DNA of 64,000 nucleotides, taken from NCBI GenBank assembly GCA_038874215.1, contig JAVZCV010000002.1, positions 1 to 64,000 on the forward strand, read 5' to 3'. This DNA is from Candidatus Micrarchaeia archaeon (GTDB lineage: Archaea; Micrarchaeota; Micrarchaeia; Burarchaeales; JAVZCV01). The translations under genes were made by a program, and so were the position numbers. Under the pieces are notes generated by a model. That model made no database searches. It was not told the DNA's origin and saw only the letters and a program-made list of their open reading frames with translations. The number at the start of each line of letters is the position of its first letter. Position 1 is the first letter of the stretch. Below, one piece after another: positions 19,011-29,387 of this stretch.

Positions 19011-19404
19011 CCCCCTCTCCCCTTTCTTTTCATTTCTACCACAATAGAAAGAATAACTGATAATAGGTAAATTAGGAAAAAAGCAGACAAAGCTAACTTT
19101 ATACTGGTTTTAAAGTAAAAAAACGATTCTGGTGCCAATCCTCTCAACAAGTTTCCGAAAAACCAACCCCATGTCTTACACAAAGAAAAAATAGCGGATC
19201 AAAAAACCAAGGAAGATTACCCGAAAATCTAAATCCCAAGACGAGCCAGACTATCGCTATCAAAAATTCAAAACAATACCCCGAAATCCCATACTGTGAT
19301 ATTATTGGCGAACCCTCTGCATAGGGTCCTATAGTCAAATAATTCACAAGTGAGCTAACCATGTCTGCAAAAACGAGCAGAAAAGCGAGAAAAAACAATC
19401 TCAT
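19001..19404 (-). pseudogene. Small membrane protein gene split by a 1-nt frameshift (or assembly indel)
   Basis: ORFs 19144-19404 and 19001-19183 fuse into one 134-aa hydrophobic ORF if one base is added to the A5 run at 19158-19162. Confidence 0.5.
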
Positions 19405-20234
19405 TTCCCGCCTCCCCTATATATCTTTTGCATTTTAATAGCATCCTGCTCAAGTAAGGGAGTTTCGCAGATTATTGTGCCTTCAAGATTGTTCTTGGAT
19501 AAAAATCCTGCAAGTTCTTTGAAAGGCGGCTCGTTGTTCGTTCCGAGTTCAAGATGCCTGATTTCACCTCCTTTTCCATATTCTATCTCGCTGAAATGCG
19601 AATGAAACCGTTTAACTTTCAGCCTACTCCATTTTTCAAATATCTTTGCGTAGTCTTTCTCGCTTTTTATCCACCCGCCTTCTCGCGCATGCATGTGCGC
19701 AAAGTCTATTACAGGAACGACCTCCTTAATCGTTCTTGAAAGTGAAATTATCTCATCCAGGCTTCCATACTGCGAGTTTTTTCCAGTCGTCTCAGCGCCA
19801 AGAGTTACGTCATCTATCCCTGCGTCCTTCATTTTTGCCAAAAGTTTATCGAGTGTCTGGATAGTTATCTCTTCACAGACTTTCGGCTCCCTGCCCATGT
19901 AATAGCCCGGATGGAACACAATAACCCACGCACCCATTGCATGCGCAGCGCGTGCTGTTTCAAACAAATTCCTTATAGTCATTGCAATCTTCCTTTCTTC
20001 CTTTGCGCAACAATTTATCCAGTAGGGCGCATGACAGCTTAGAATTATTCCGTGCTTTTTTGCTATCTCCCCAACCTCTTTTGCAGCGCTCTCGCCCATC
20101 TTCACTCCTCTTACGAACTCAACCTCAAAAGCGTCCAATCCGATTTTTGAAACATACTCTATTCCATCAAGCGTGCTGCAACTATGGCATGCGATCGGTA
20201 TCCCGGCAGGACCAAATCTAACAACGGAAACCAT
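19401..20234 (-). CDS. nfo: Endonuclease IV (AP endonuclease family 2)
   Basis: FGPAG, HAPYWIN, FHPGYY, ETTGK, DFAHMHAR, HSHFS metal ligands. Confidence 0.92.
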   Translation of the reverse strand: MVSVVRFGPAGIPIACHSCSTLDGIEYVSKIGLDAFEVEFVRGVKMGESAAKEVGEIAKKHGIILSCHAPYWINCCAKEERKIAMTIRNLFETARAAHAMGAWVIVFHPGYYMGREPKVCEEITIQTLDKLLAKMKDAGIDDVTLGAETTGKNSQYGSLDEIISLSRTIKEVVPVIDFAHMHAREGGWIKSEKDYAKIFEKWSRLKVKRFHSHFSEIEYGKGGEIRHLELGTNNEPPFKELAGFLSKNNLEGTIICETPLLEQDAIKMQKIYRGGGK

Positions 20235-20286
20235 GCTTGGCTAAACTGTTTTTGCATTTTTAAGTTTTTTCATCCATTCTATACTC

Positions 20287-21222
20287 ATGGAAAAGTATGA
20301 AATATACGACAGGGACATCAGCACATACCACAGGAAGATTATGGAAAATGCCATACGTGCATTAAAAGACGATATTGGCGATGGAGACATAACGTCAGAT
20401 GCTGTTGTCCAGGATTGCGACATAACTGGAGAAATAAAAGCAAGAAAGCCCGCTGTTGTTTGTGGGTTGCTGGAAGGCAGAACAATTTTTGAGGCTAACG
20501 GCTTAGTAGTAAGGGTATTTGTTGACGAGGGGGAGTATGTTGGAGAGGGAACAACCATCATGCGAGTTACGGGAAATGCAAAAAAGATGTTCTCTTGCAT
20601 AAGGCTTGTTGTTGATTACCTTCATCTTCTTAGCGGAATAGCAACAACAACAAGAGAGCTTGAAGAAAAATATCCTGGCAGAATAGCCGCAACGAGAAAA
20701 TCACACCCAGGCCTATTGCTAAGTGAAAAACGTGCAGTAAGCATAGGAGGGGGCTTTACGCACCGCGTTTCATTGTCTGACGGCTATCTTATCAAAGACC
20801 ACCACATAGATGCGGTAGGAGCGGAGCTTTTTGGGCAAGGAAAATTCGTTGAAGAGCGCCGCGTTGCCGCAACCCAAGAAGCAATCAGAAGGGCAGAAGA
20901 ACACAGAAAGAAAAAAGGATTATCCTGCCCCATAATTGTTGAGGTTATAAGTTTAGAACAAGCAGTTGCAGCCGCAAAAATTTTCACAGAAAGAGGAGTT
21001 CCCGACGCCATCCTAATAGACAACAAGACACCAGAAGAGGTAAAAAAGATAGTCCAAGAGGTTAGGCCCATAAGCAAAGATATAAAGATAGAGGCTTCTG
21101 GCGGGATAACCCCATACAACATTGAGGAATACCTCAATGCGGGTGTTGATGTTGTCTCAATGAGCTATCTAATACTCGGGGCGACGGACATTGATTTTTA
21201 TTTTTCAATAGTTGGGGAGTAA
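20287..21222 (+). CDS. nadC: Quinolinate phosphoribosyltransferase (nicotinate-nucleotide pyrophosphorylase)
   Basis: DIGDGDITS, SGIAT, TRKSHPG, HR..LSD..LIKDHH, IDN, EASGGI. Confidence 0.88.
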   Translation: MEKYEIYDRDISTYHRKIMENAIRALKDDIGDGDITSDAVVQDCDITGEIKARKPAVVCGLLEGRTIFEANGLVVRVFVDEGEYVGEGTTIMRVTGNAKKMFSCIRLVVDYLHLLSGIATTTRELEEKYPGRIAATRKSHPGLLLSEKRAVSIGGGFTHRVSLSDGYLIKDHHIDAVGAELFGQGKFVEERRVAATQEAIRRAEEHRKKKGLSCPIIVEVISLEQAVAAAKIFTERGVPDAILIDNKTPEEVKKIVQEVRPISKDIKIEASGGITPYNIEEYLNAGVDVVSMSYLILGATDIDFYFSIVGE

Positions 21223-22098
21223 ATGCAGGTTTTTTATTCAGAAAAATTCCTGAATCACAAAACGAATACTCCCGATACGCCCGAACGTTTGAAAGCAATA
21301 GTAAAAAAAATATCCAACCGATCGGATTTCGTTTTTGTTGAGCCAACCCAAACCGATGAAGACATGCTTCTCCTTGTTCATGAGAAACCATATCTAGAAA
21401 AACTGAAAGAACTCTGTAATATCGGCGCCGATTTTGGCGACAATCAATTCTATGGTGACACGTTTGAAATAGCGATGCTTGCCTGCAGTGCTTCATGCCA
21501 AGCTGCTTTAAACGATGGTTTTGCACTTGTCAGACCACCAGGGCATCATGCAGGAAAGGATTTCTTTGGTGGCTTCTGCTTTCTAAATAACATTGCCGTT
21601 GCCGTTCGTGCAAGGCAAAGAGACATAGGCGGCAAATCCCTAATAGTTGATATAGACCACCATCACGGAAACGGAACGCAGAGCATCTTCTACGATGACG
21701 ATACCGTTTTCTACATATCGCTTCATCAGGACCCACGCGTATCCTACCCTGGCACGGGCTTTGAGAGCGAAAACAATGAAACTACATTAAACATTCCGCT
21801 TCCGCCAAACACGAGCGATGAGGAATACCTTGAAAAACTCCGCTTTGCGCTTTCAATCGCAGAGCAAAACTTCTCTTTTGATTTCGTCGCAGTAAACGCA
21901 GGCTTTGATACATACTATCTTGATCCTGTAGGAGGTCTTGGCATACGAAACGTCCCAACATACGAAAAAATTGGAGAGATGATAGCAGAACTCGGGAAAC
22001 CAACCTTTGCAGTTTTAGAAGGCGGATATTTTGAAAAAATGCTCGGGGATATGGCTCTTTCTTTCCTTAATGGTTTGCAAAAACGAAATCAAAAATAA
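21223..22098 (+). CDS. Histone deacetylase-family (Zn-dependent) protein
   Basis: RPPGHHA, GFCFLNN, DIDHHHGNGTQ, AGFD, LEGGY. Confidence 0.95.
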   Translation: MQVFYSEKFLNHKTNTPDTPERLKAIVKKISNRSDFVFVEPTQTDEDMLLLVHEKPYLEKLKELCNIGADFGDNQFYGDTFEIAMLACSASCQAALNDGFALVRPPGHHAGKDFFGGFCFLNNIAVAVRARQRDIGGKSLIVDIDHHHGNGTQSIFYDDDTVFYISLHQDPRVSYPGTGFESENNETTLNIPLPPNTSDEEYLEKLRFALSIAEQNFSFDFVAVNAGFDTYYLDPVGGLGIRNVPTYEKIGEMIAELGKPTFAVLEGGYFEKMLGDMALSFLNGLQKRNQK

Positions 22099-22119
22099 AA
22101 AAGAGTAAAGGGAGGGGCG

Positions 22120-23772
22120 TTAGTATTCGCCACCCGTTTCTTCCCCGCCAGGTCCTCCTCCCTTCGGCATCTCTGGCTTCTTGCCCTTTGAGCTTATGAC
22201 GTCATCTATTCTCAACAGCATCTCTGCCGCTTCGCTTGCGCTCGCTATCGCCTGCTTTTTGACTTTGAGAGGCTCTATTACTCCGAGTTTTGTCATATCT
22301 GCAACCTTTCCCTCAAACACATCAACACCTGCAGTTTTCTCTCCCTTCTGGTGTTTTGCCCTGAGCAAAACTATTGTGTCTATCGGGTCCATGCCTGCAC
22401 TCTCTGCAAGCGTTCTTGGCACGCTCTCAAGCGCATCCGCAAACGCCTGCACGGCAAGTTGCTCTCTTCCCCCAATATCGTTTGCGAAGTTCCTTAGTTC
22501 AAGCGCAAGCTCAACCTCCGTGCTGCCACCACCAGTCACGTAGTATCCCTCTTCTATTGCAGAGGCAACTGCCCCCACACCGTCTTTGACAGCCCTTTCT
22601 GCCTCATTGACAACATGCTCTGTTCCAGCCCTAACGAATATCGTAACGCTCTTCGGGTCTTTGCAGTTCTCAACAAAAACCATCTCTTCGCCAGCAATCT
22701 TCCTCTCCTCAACAAGACCCGCAAACCCGAGGTCCTTCTCACTTAGGTCGTCAAGGCTCGTTGCTATCTTTGCACCAGTCGCCCTTGCAAGCTTCTCCAT
22801 GTCGCTCTTCTTCACGCGCCTTACCGCAACGATTCCCTTCTTGGCCAAGTAGTGTTGTGCGATGTCGTCAATACCTTTCTGGCAGAATACGACATTTGCA
22901 CCGCTTGCCTCTATCTTGTCTACCATGTTCTTGAGCATTTTCTCCTCTTGGTCCAAGAATGCCTGCAGTTGGTCGGGTGAAGTTATCTCTATCTTTGCGT
23001 CAGTCTCTGTTTTTTCTATTTCAAGCGCAGAGTCTATGAGCGCTATCTTTGCGTTCTTTACGCTCTTCGGCATCCCTGGGTGCACTATCTCTTTGTCTAT
23101 TAAAACACCGTTTATAAGCTGCGTATCCTCTACATTCCCCCCTTCTTTCTTCTCTATTTTTACAAATTCCTGGTCAATCTTCCATTTTCCATCGCTTTTC
23201 TCCGCAACCTGCGTTACTGCGCTAACAACAAGCTTCGCAAGGTGCTCCTTCGCCCTTCCGACACCGACAGTCTTTGACCCCATAGATACCTCTGCTATCT
23301 TCTGGAGTGTTTTGGTGTCCTCTATGCTAACCTTGTTCGCTATTTTGAGCAATATTTCATGCGATTTTTTTGCAGCTTTCTTATACCCGTTTATTATTGT
23401 GCTTGCATGCACGTCTTGATCAAGCAAATCCCCAGCACGCTTGAGAAGCTCGCCAGCAAGCATCGCCGCCGTCGTAGTTCCATCGCCTACCTCCTTGTCC
23501 TGCGTTTTTGCTATCTCCACCATTATTTTCGCTGCGGGGTGCTCAACGTTCATCTCCTCAAGTATCGTCGCTCCATCGTTTGTTATCACTATGTCGCCGA
23601 GTTCGCTCACAAGCATTTTGTCCATGCCCTTCGGGCCAAGCGTTGTCCTTATTGCGTTTGCAACAGCCCACGCTACACCTATATTCGTTCTTTGCGCATC
23701 ACGACCTATCAATCTGCCCGTTCCTTCGGGCAAAATCAGGATTGGTTGCGCGCCCATGCTCTCCTGTGGCAT
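22120..23772 (-). CDS. ths: Thermosome (group II chaperonin) subunit
   Basis: [32 protein letters not shown]. Confidence 0.98.
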   Translation of the reverse strand: MPQESMGAQPILILPEGTGRLIGRDAQRTNIGVAWAVANAIRTTLGPKGMDKMLVSELGDIVITNDGATILEEMNVEHPAAKIMVEIAKTQDKEVGDGTTTAAMLAGELLKRAGDLLDQDVHASTIINGYKKAAKKSHEILLKIANKVSIEDTKTLQKIAEVSMGSKTVGVGRAKEHLAKLVVSAVTQVAEKSDGKWKIDQEFVKIEKKEGGNVEDTQLINGVLIDKEIVHPGMPKSVKNAKIALIDSALEIEKTETDAKIEITSPDQLQAFLDQEEKMLKNMVDKIEASGANVVFCQKGIDDIAQHYLAKKGIVAVRRVKKSDMEKLARATGAKIATSLDDLSEKDLGFAGLVEERKIAGEEMVFVENCKDPKSVTIFVRAGTEHVVNEAERAVKDGVGAVASAIEEGYYVTGGGSTEVELALELRNFANDIGGREQLAVQAFADALESVPRTLAESAGMDPIDTIVLLRAKHQKGEKTAGVDVFEGKVADMTKLGVIEPLKVKKQAIASASEAAEMLLRIDDVISSKGKKPEMPKGGGPGGEETGGEY

Positions 23773-23853
23773 TTTCTCACCTCCAAACAAAACTCATTAT
23801 TTGCATTTTTAATGGATATGAATGCATACAAAAATTTATATATCTTTCCCACT

Positions 23854-24855
23854 TCAGAATTCTCTCATAACGAGGAAATCGGCAAGTTCCAAAAGCATCC
23901 TTTTGGTTCTGCTGTCGGGTAGCTGCTCTATGCACATCTTCGCCTCACCGCTTATTTTTCTGCATTTCCTCTTTGCGTAATCAACAGCTCCACAGTTTCT
24001 AAGTATATCTATCACTTCTTGTATCTCCTCATCGCTACTCGCCTCTTTTCCAAGCACCACTAGAAGCTTCTCCCTATCCTTCTGTTCGCAATTCCTTAAA
24101 GCATAAATCGTGCTTAATGTCCTCTTGCCTTCCCGGATATCGCCTCCTATCTCCTTCTTGTATAAATCCTCCTCACCTATTAGGTTCAGCACATCGTCCC
24201 GTATCTGGAATGCTATTCCTAGCTTCTTTCCAAACTCCTCCAGCCTTTTTATTTCCTCCTCGCTGCCCCCACCCAAATATGCGCCGACAGAGCAAGCCGC
24301 GCCTAACAGGGCTCCTGTCTTGCCCTCAACCATACTGAAGTAGTTCTCTTCCGTTATATCCCATGTTTTATTTTTGTGCCATTCCAACTCAATTCCTTGT
24401 CCATCAAGAACTAGGCTGAATGCATTGCATAACCTCTTCTCCGTTTCTATTATCTTTTCAGGTTCAAACTTAAGGTTAAAGAGAGACTGAAAAACCCACA
24501 TGAAAAGGCCGTCGCCCGCGTTTATTGCAAGCGGAACCCCATATATGTGATGAAGACACGGCTTTCCTCTCCTCATCTTTGAGTCATCCTCTATATCATC
24601 GTGTATCAGAGTGAAATTGTGGAATAGTTCAATCGAAACAGCAGCAGGCAAAACGGAGTCTGGATCACCGCCAACCGCCTCGCATGAGAGCATGCACAGC
24701 GCTGGCCTGAATCTTTTACCCCCCCTATCAAGCAAATCCCATATTATTTTGTAAACTGCTTGGGGCTCCTTATTCCTTGGCATTATCCTCTCAATTTCTG
24801 CTTCAACTTTCGGTTTAATGGCTTCTATATACTCCATAACTCCTTCGTGTGCCAT
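23854..24855 (-). CDS. idsA: Polyprenyl (geranylgeranyl) diphosphate synthase
   Basis: GGKRFRP, HDDIEDDS..RRG, FQIRDDVL aspartate-rich motifs. Confidence 0.92.
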   Translation of the reverse strand: MAHEGVMEYIEAIKPKVEAEIERIMPRNKEPQAVYKIIWDLLDRGGKRFRPALCMLSCEAVGGDPDSVLPAAVSIELFHNFTLIHDDIEDDSKMRRGKPCLHHIYGVPLAINAGDGLFMWVFQSLFNLKFEPEKIIETEKRLCNAFSLVLDGQGIELEWHKNKTWDITEENYFSMVEGKTGALLGAACSVGAYLGGGSEEEIKRLEEFGKKLGIAFQIRDDVLNLIGEEDLYKKEIGGDIREGKRTLSTIYALRNCEQKDREKLLVVLGKEASSDEEIQEVIDILRNCGAVDYAKRKCRKISGEAKMCIEQLPDSRTKRMLLELADFLVMREF

Positions 24856-24859
24856 TCAA

Positions 24860-26395
24860 TCACTCCAAAAGTGCTCTCTTGACCTCTTTTATCCCTATCG
24901 CTTCTATCAGCCTCCCCATACGGGGTCCCCTCTCCTTGCCAATCAGCGCCATGTAAAGCATCTTGAACAATTCGCTTGGTTCCATACCATTCTCTCTGGC
25001 AAATTTAAAAACACTATTGTGGATTTCAACCGCACTCATCCCCTCCTGCAAACTTCTAACGAACTTTTTAACCTCCTCGCTTGGCTTCTGCGGGTTAAAA
25101 GAGAAAGAGTATTCTTCTGGTGCATATCCTTCCTTTATCCAGTTCTCTATGTATTTTTGCAGGTTCTTCGCCCCTTCCTTATCCCCAATGAGTTCTCCAA
25201 CCTTCTCCCAATTTTTGTAGAGCTGATAGTAGAGGAGAAAATCTGTGAACTGCGCTGAAAACAATTTGCTTTCGCAGGCAAGCTGGAAGGCAACAAGTTT
25301 TTTTCTATCTGCACGTGAAAGCCCACCATTATCTGAAAGGGAGCTCGCATACAAAAAATCGTTGTAAAGGTCTATGAGCTTGTATCCTGAGGGGTCAAAA
25401 TCTATATTTTCTTCAAGGTCAGGCCTAAAGAGCGCATACTTTATAATTTCGGGAGGAACAAGGGAGAGCAATTCCCTGACGCCCATGCCTTCCCCTTTTG
25501 ATTTTGAGTATTTTTTTCCTTTGAAGAGAATAAAACCAAATTTATACCCGATTGGCGGCTCTTTGCAAAATATGCGCTTATGAACTGCTTTTGCAGTATC
25601 CCAAGAGCCACCCCTCGTCATGTGGTCTACCCCGGCGCCTTCTATACTTGCATGAAGGAAATCCTGTCTTGATGGCCAGTCAAGCCGCCACGTCACCTTG
25701 TATTCATGCTCCTCTATCCTGCCCTCGCCAACATGGCCGCAGCCCTCGATCTCGCCTTTACCCACGCACTCATACCTGTATGCCCCGCTTTTCCACTCCA
25801 AAACCCTTGTTGTTGCCATCTTCCCGCATTTTTCACAAATGGGCATCAGGGGGCTCCAATACTCCCCCGAATCCTTGCGAAGAGAAGTCTCAAAAACGAG
25901 CTTCCTCATTTCCTCCTGACTCTCCATAAACATTTTAGCATACCTATCATACATGCCCGCCGCATACATCTCATTTGCCCTCATTATCTCAGGTGATACC
26001 CCAAACTCCTGCATTATCTCAACCGTTTCCATGAGAAAATGTTCGCCAAAAGAATTGTGGCAACCAAGAGGGTCTAACACGTTGCATAAGGGCTTTCCAA
26101 GCTCGGGAATAAGACTACGCTCGTGCTCTTTCATCGCAACGGGAACCGAGTCAAACGCATCCATTATATCAGCTATGAAAATAAACCGTGCTTCATGCTC
26201 TCTTGAAATGTACTTGTGTATCGCAGACGGAAAAAGAAATTCGCAAAGCGTTCCCAAATGGCATGGGCCACTTGTTGTTATTCCCGAAAGAACAACGTAA
26301 GGCGGTTCCTTCTCCTTTACAACCCTCTCAGCCAGAACCTCTGCCCAGTGCCTGTTCTCCCTCTCCCCTATCTTTCCACTTCTCTCTCTTTCCAT
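24860..26395 (-). CDS. lysS: Lysine--tRNA ligase, class I
   Basis: HWAE, GITTSG.CHLG (HIGH-like), KYSKSKG (KMSK-like), GPRMG. Confidence 0.95.
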   Translation of the reverse strand: MERERSGKIGERENRHWAEVLAERVVKEKEPPYVVLSGITTSGPCHLGTLCEFLFPSAIHKYISREHEARFIFIADIMDAFDSVPVAMKEHERSLIPELGKPLCNVLDPLGCHNSFGEHFLMETVEIMQEFGVSPEIMRANEMYAAGMYDRYAKMFMESQEEMRKLVFETSLRKDSGEYWSPLMPICEKCGKMATTRVLEWKSGAYRYECVGKGEIEGCGHVGEGRIEEHEYKVTWRLDWPSRQDFLHASIEGAGVDHMTRGGSWDTAKAVHKRIFCKEPPIGYKFGFILFKGKKYSKSKGEGMGVRELLSLVPPEIIKYALFRPDLEENIDFDPSGYKLIDLYNDFLYASSLSDNGGLSRADRKKLVAFQLACESKLFSAQFTDFLLYYQLYKNWEKVGELIGDKEGAKNLQKYIENWIKEGYAPEEYSFSFNPQKPSEEVKKFVRSLQEGMSAVEIHNSVFKFARENGMEPSELFKMLYMALIGKERGPRMGRLIEAIGIKEVKRALLE

Positions 26396-26438
26396 ACCTT
26401 CCTATTGTCCGCGAAAGTTTATATTTGCGCCACAAAAG

Positions 26439-26527
26439 CGGGCCCGGAGGGATTTTCGCGTCCTATTTCGAACCCTCGACCTACTGGTTAAGAGCCAGCC
26501 GCTCTGGCCAAGCTGAGCTACGGGCCC
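26439..26527 (-). tRNA. tRNA-Lys(CUU) with 14-nt intron at 59/60 (26453-26466)
   Basis: GGGCCCG/CGGGCCC acceptor, GCTC/GAGC D-stem, GCTGG-CT-CTT-AA-CCAGT anticodon arm; T-loop TTCGAA[ATAGGACGCGAAAA]T with TTCG/CGAA helix and 3-nt bulge. Confidence 0.93.
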
Positions 26528-26562
26528 AGATTATAAACTCTTCCATATAAACAATAATAAAC

Positions 26563-27084
26563 ATGCATGTAAGCGTCCTAAGGCTTGGGCACAGAATAAA
26601 GCGTGATGAGCGGGCAACAACACACGTCTGTCTTGTTGCTCGCGCTTTCGGAGCAAGCGAGGTATTCATAAGCGGGGATAAAGATACGGCTCTAATAGAG
26701 CGAATAGGCAAAATGCAGGAGAAATGGGGGTTTGGGATAACAGTAAAGCACGTTAAAAATTGGCGCGAAGTTTTGGATAACTGGCACGGAATAAAGGTTC
26801 ATCTAACAATGTACGGTCTTCCAGTTTCCCACGTTCTTTCTGAGATAAAGAAGGCGGAGAACATTCTCGTAATTGTTGGGTCCCAGAAAGTGCCCCCCGA
26901 AATTTACAAGAATGCCGATTTTAACGTTTCTATCACGAACCAACCCCACTCCGAAATAGCAGCCCTCGCAGTCTTCCTTGACCATCTATTTGAAGGAGCC
27001 GAGCTAGAACAGAACAGCTTTAAGAATGCAAAGCACAGAATAATTCCCTCGGCGCGTAGCAAATTGATACGAAGGTATTTATAA
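26563..27084 (+). CDS. trm56: tRNA (cytidine(56)-2'-O)-methyltransferase aTrm56
   Basis: LRLGHR..RD.R.TTHV, HLTMYG, VG.QKVP, NQPHSE SPOUT motifs. Confidence 0.96.
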   Translation: MHVSVLRLGHRIKRDERATTHVCLVARAFGASEVFISGDKDTALIERIGKMQEKWGFGITVKHVKNWREVLDNWHGIKVHLTMYGLPVSHVLSEIKKAENILVIVGSQKVPPEIYKNADFNVSITNQPHSEIAALAVFLDHLFEGAELEQNSFKNAKHRIIPSARSKLIRRYL

Positions 27085-27107
27085 TTGATTTTACAAAACT
27101 ATCATGT

Positions 27108-27572
27108 ATGCCGAAAAGAGTTATTAGCGCCGAGCTTCGCAAATTCTTGGTTGAGATTGCAGGAGAATACGCGCCACCTATCGTAGATGCCATAAAAAAG
27201 CCAAAAAGCGACGAGCAGCTAGCCGAGATATGCAACATAAAGGTAAGCGAAGTAAGGGCTACACTGAATAAGCTTCACATCCTTGGTATTGCAACATATG
27301 ATAGAACGAGAGATGAAGAAACTGGGTGGTACTCGTATGTTTGGAACGTCAATCTAAGCAAGGCGTACGAGCTTATGGAAATGAAACAGAAGAAAGAGGC
27401 CGAAAAGCGAATCGTTCCGTTCACAGAAACCGTCATGGACTTCTATATGTGTAAAAACTGCATAGATTTCAAAATCCAGTTTGACCAAGCGATGGACTAT
27501 CTTTTCAAATGCCCAAAATGCAACAGCGATTTGGTTTATTTTGAAAATGTTAGAAAAGAAAAAAAGCCCTGA
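27108..27572 (+). CDS. tfe: Transcription factor E (TFE alpha)
   Basis: Winged helix (SDEQLAE...VRATLNKL), GWYSYVW, Zn ribbon C..C...FKCPKC. Confidence 0.9.
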   Translation: MPKRVISAELRKFLVEIAGEYAPPIVDAIKKPKSDEQLAEICNIKVSEVRATLNKLHILGIATYDRTRDEETGWYSYVWNVNLSKAYELMEMKQKKEAEKRIVPFTETVMDFYMCKNCIDFKIQFDQAMDYLFKCPKCNSDLVYFENVRKEKKP

Positions 27573-27606
27573 TTCCCCACCAACAATGCTGATTTTCATG
27601 ATATTA

Positions 27607-27714
27607 TAGCGGGAGGTGGATTTGAACCACCGATCTCTGGGTTCCTCAAAACGTTTTGGCATCGTCAAAGGTTTGTATGAGCCCAGCGGGCACTCCATGC
27701 TACCCTATCCCGCT
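27607..27714 (-). tRNA. Initiator tRNA-Met(CAU) with 33-nt canonical 37/38 intron (27643-27675)
   Basis: A1:U72 acceptor AGCGGGA/TCCCGCT; GGG/CCC anticodon stem; BHB with CTCA/TGAG helix. Confidence 0.95.
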
Positions 27715-27746
27715 ACTTATTCTTATGTATAGGTGCGTTTAAATCC

Positions 27747-28091
27747 TTATCTCAGCTCGGTCATTTTGAGCATTCTGAAGTAGGAATATGCAAAAACCAC
27801 TATGAAGAGAGCCTCAAAAAAATCATGAAGAAGAATTGTGATATCTGGCTGCATTATGCCGGAGCATTTTACAAAGTCAAGCGCAAAGGAGATAGCAAGC
27901 ATGTAAAGACCCACATACAAGTATACGTTTTTTCTTAGAAAATGCCATCGGGTGTAGAAAAGAGATATACTCGCAAGAGTTATTATCATTAGGAGGAATT
28001 TTAGAAGAGCGAGAAATGCATCAGCAATATCTATAACCCCAGCATAGCCAAAAAGCAAAGTCGCAGAAGGCTCGCACATTGTTGATACCAT
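27747..28091 (-). CDS. Hypothetical membrane protein
   Basis: 114-aa ORF with three hydrophobic helices; AGGTG RBS. Confidence 0.6.
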   Translation of the reverse strand: MVSTMCEPSATLLFGYAGVIDIADAFLALLKFLLMIITLASISLFYTRWHFLRKNVYLYVGLYMLAISFALDFVKCSGIMQPDITILLHDFFEALFIVVFAYSYFRMLKMTELR

Positions 28092-28145
28092 GGGTGCACC
28101 TATTCTCCCTTTATCTTTCTTAATCCTTTAAATACCTCCGTTTTT

Positions 28146-29354
28146 TCACAACCATTCGGTAAGCCTCGTCTGCCCTATTATCCTGCTTTTTAGAATATAA
28201 TCATTTATATTTAATCTCAGTCTCCCTGCAATATCGCCAAGCGCTTCGCTAAGTGTCTGGAACTTAACCCCATTCTTCATTAACGCATGCCTTATGTTTT
28301 CTCGCACTTCCCACACACCGACAGGGACCATGTATCCCTCATAAACTTCCCTGAAAACCACTGCTTTCGCCTGTCTTTTTATGCGCTTTGCAAGCGCTTC
28401 CGAAACGGCAAACCTGCTCGCATAGTACCCCCCACCCTGGCTCTCCGCATACTTCGTCCTTCCTTCATAGGGTTCGTGTTCTTCTGTTATCTGCGCGTTG
28501 GTCATTCCCTGCGTCCAGACAGTGTTTGGCGCCCATGCCTCAAAGTTTTCAAATTCCCATTTCCCAGGCATGAGCAAAATCTCAAAATGGTTGCTCAGAT
28601 ATTCGTTTGAAAACACAAGAAATTCGTTTATGCTTGGCATGCTTTTTATCTCCGCAACATAATTTTTTGAGAGCATGTCGTCTATTGCGGTTATTGACCA
28701 TCTTGTTGGCACCATCCTCTTGTTTTCCTTCTTGCCCAATACACCCGCAGAAAAAACACGCGTTATATAATAATTATCAAACCCATACCTGCACATTTCT
28801 CTTATAGCTTCCATTGCACTAATACCATCATCTACTATCATGTCTACCCGCTTTGGTATCTTGGGATTCTCACATACATGGAAATCAAGCAGGGGGGCGG
28901 AAGGACCCATTGGCTGGGTAATCGGAGAAAAAACGATCATCGGCTTTATTTTCCTTGAGAAATGCGCCTCAACGTCAATGCTCCTGTAAGAGAGGGCTAC
29001 TTCCTGCGCTCGCTCAACCATCCTATCCTTGAGATGCACATCCCCCTGCTTCTTCCCTCTTACAAGCATCCCCCTATGCCTAATTATATCTGAAAGCTCC
29101 ATCCCATACATGTCGGCGGGGTTATCAACGACAGTTTCACTTGCAGATACAAGGGGACCCCAGAAAACGCTGGGATAACCGTACGAACCTACGAATATAT
29201 TTGGCGGCGTTTTTCCGAATATGCTATCTTTATAAACCGCAACACTATGAACCTCAAAAAGCAACCGTGCTTTTTCAAGATGAGGGCATCTCTCCCTACC
29301 GCACAGCATTCTCCCTCCCTTGCAGAATACGCACAAACCCCTATCAGGCTGCAT
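28146..29354 (-). CDS. nreA: Nre-family DNA repair protein (PCNA-interacting)
   Basis: C..CKG...LCG...CP, FVGSYGYP, VPTRWSITAID, C-terminal PIP box QTRLTEW. Confidence 0.92.
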   Translation of the reverse strand: MQPDRGLCVFCKGGRMLCGRERCPHLEKARLLFEVHSVAVYKDSIFGKTPPNIFVGSYGYPSVFWGPLVSASETVVDNPADMYGMELSDIIRHRGMLVRGKKQGDVHLKDRMVERAQEVALSYRSIDVEAHFSRKIKPMIVFSPITQPMGPSAPLLDFHVCENPKIPKRVDMIVDDGISAMEAIREMCRYGFDNYYITRVFSAGVLGKKENKRMVPTRWSITAIDDMLSKNYVAEIKSMPSINEFLVFSNEYLSNHFEILLMPGKWEFENFEAWAPNTVWTQGMTNAQITEEHEPYEGRTKYAESQGGGYYASRFAVSEALAKRIKRQAKAVVFREVYEGYMVPVGVWEVRENIRHALMKNGVKFQTLSEALGDIAGRLRLNINDYILKSRIIGQTRLTEWL

Positions 29355-29387
29355 AACCGTTATATTGGTTTCCGCAAAATTAATAAC

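Noticed and set aside
22181-23922. Long plus-strand ORFs opposite the thermosome, and similar shadow ORFs elsewhere (6007-6681, 14198-14836, 60896-61624)
   Set aside because: Antisense shadows of well-supported genes with no recognisable motifs
26481-27698. Minus-strand ORFs 26481-26711 and 27354-27698
   Set aside because: They overlap tRNA genes and are antisense to trm56/tfe
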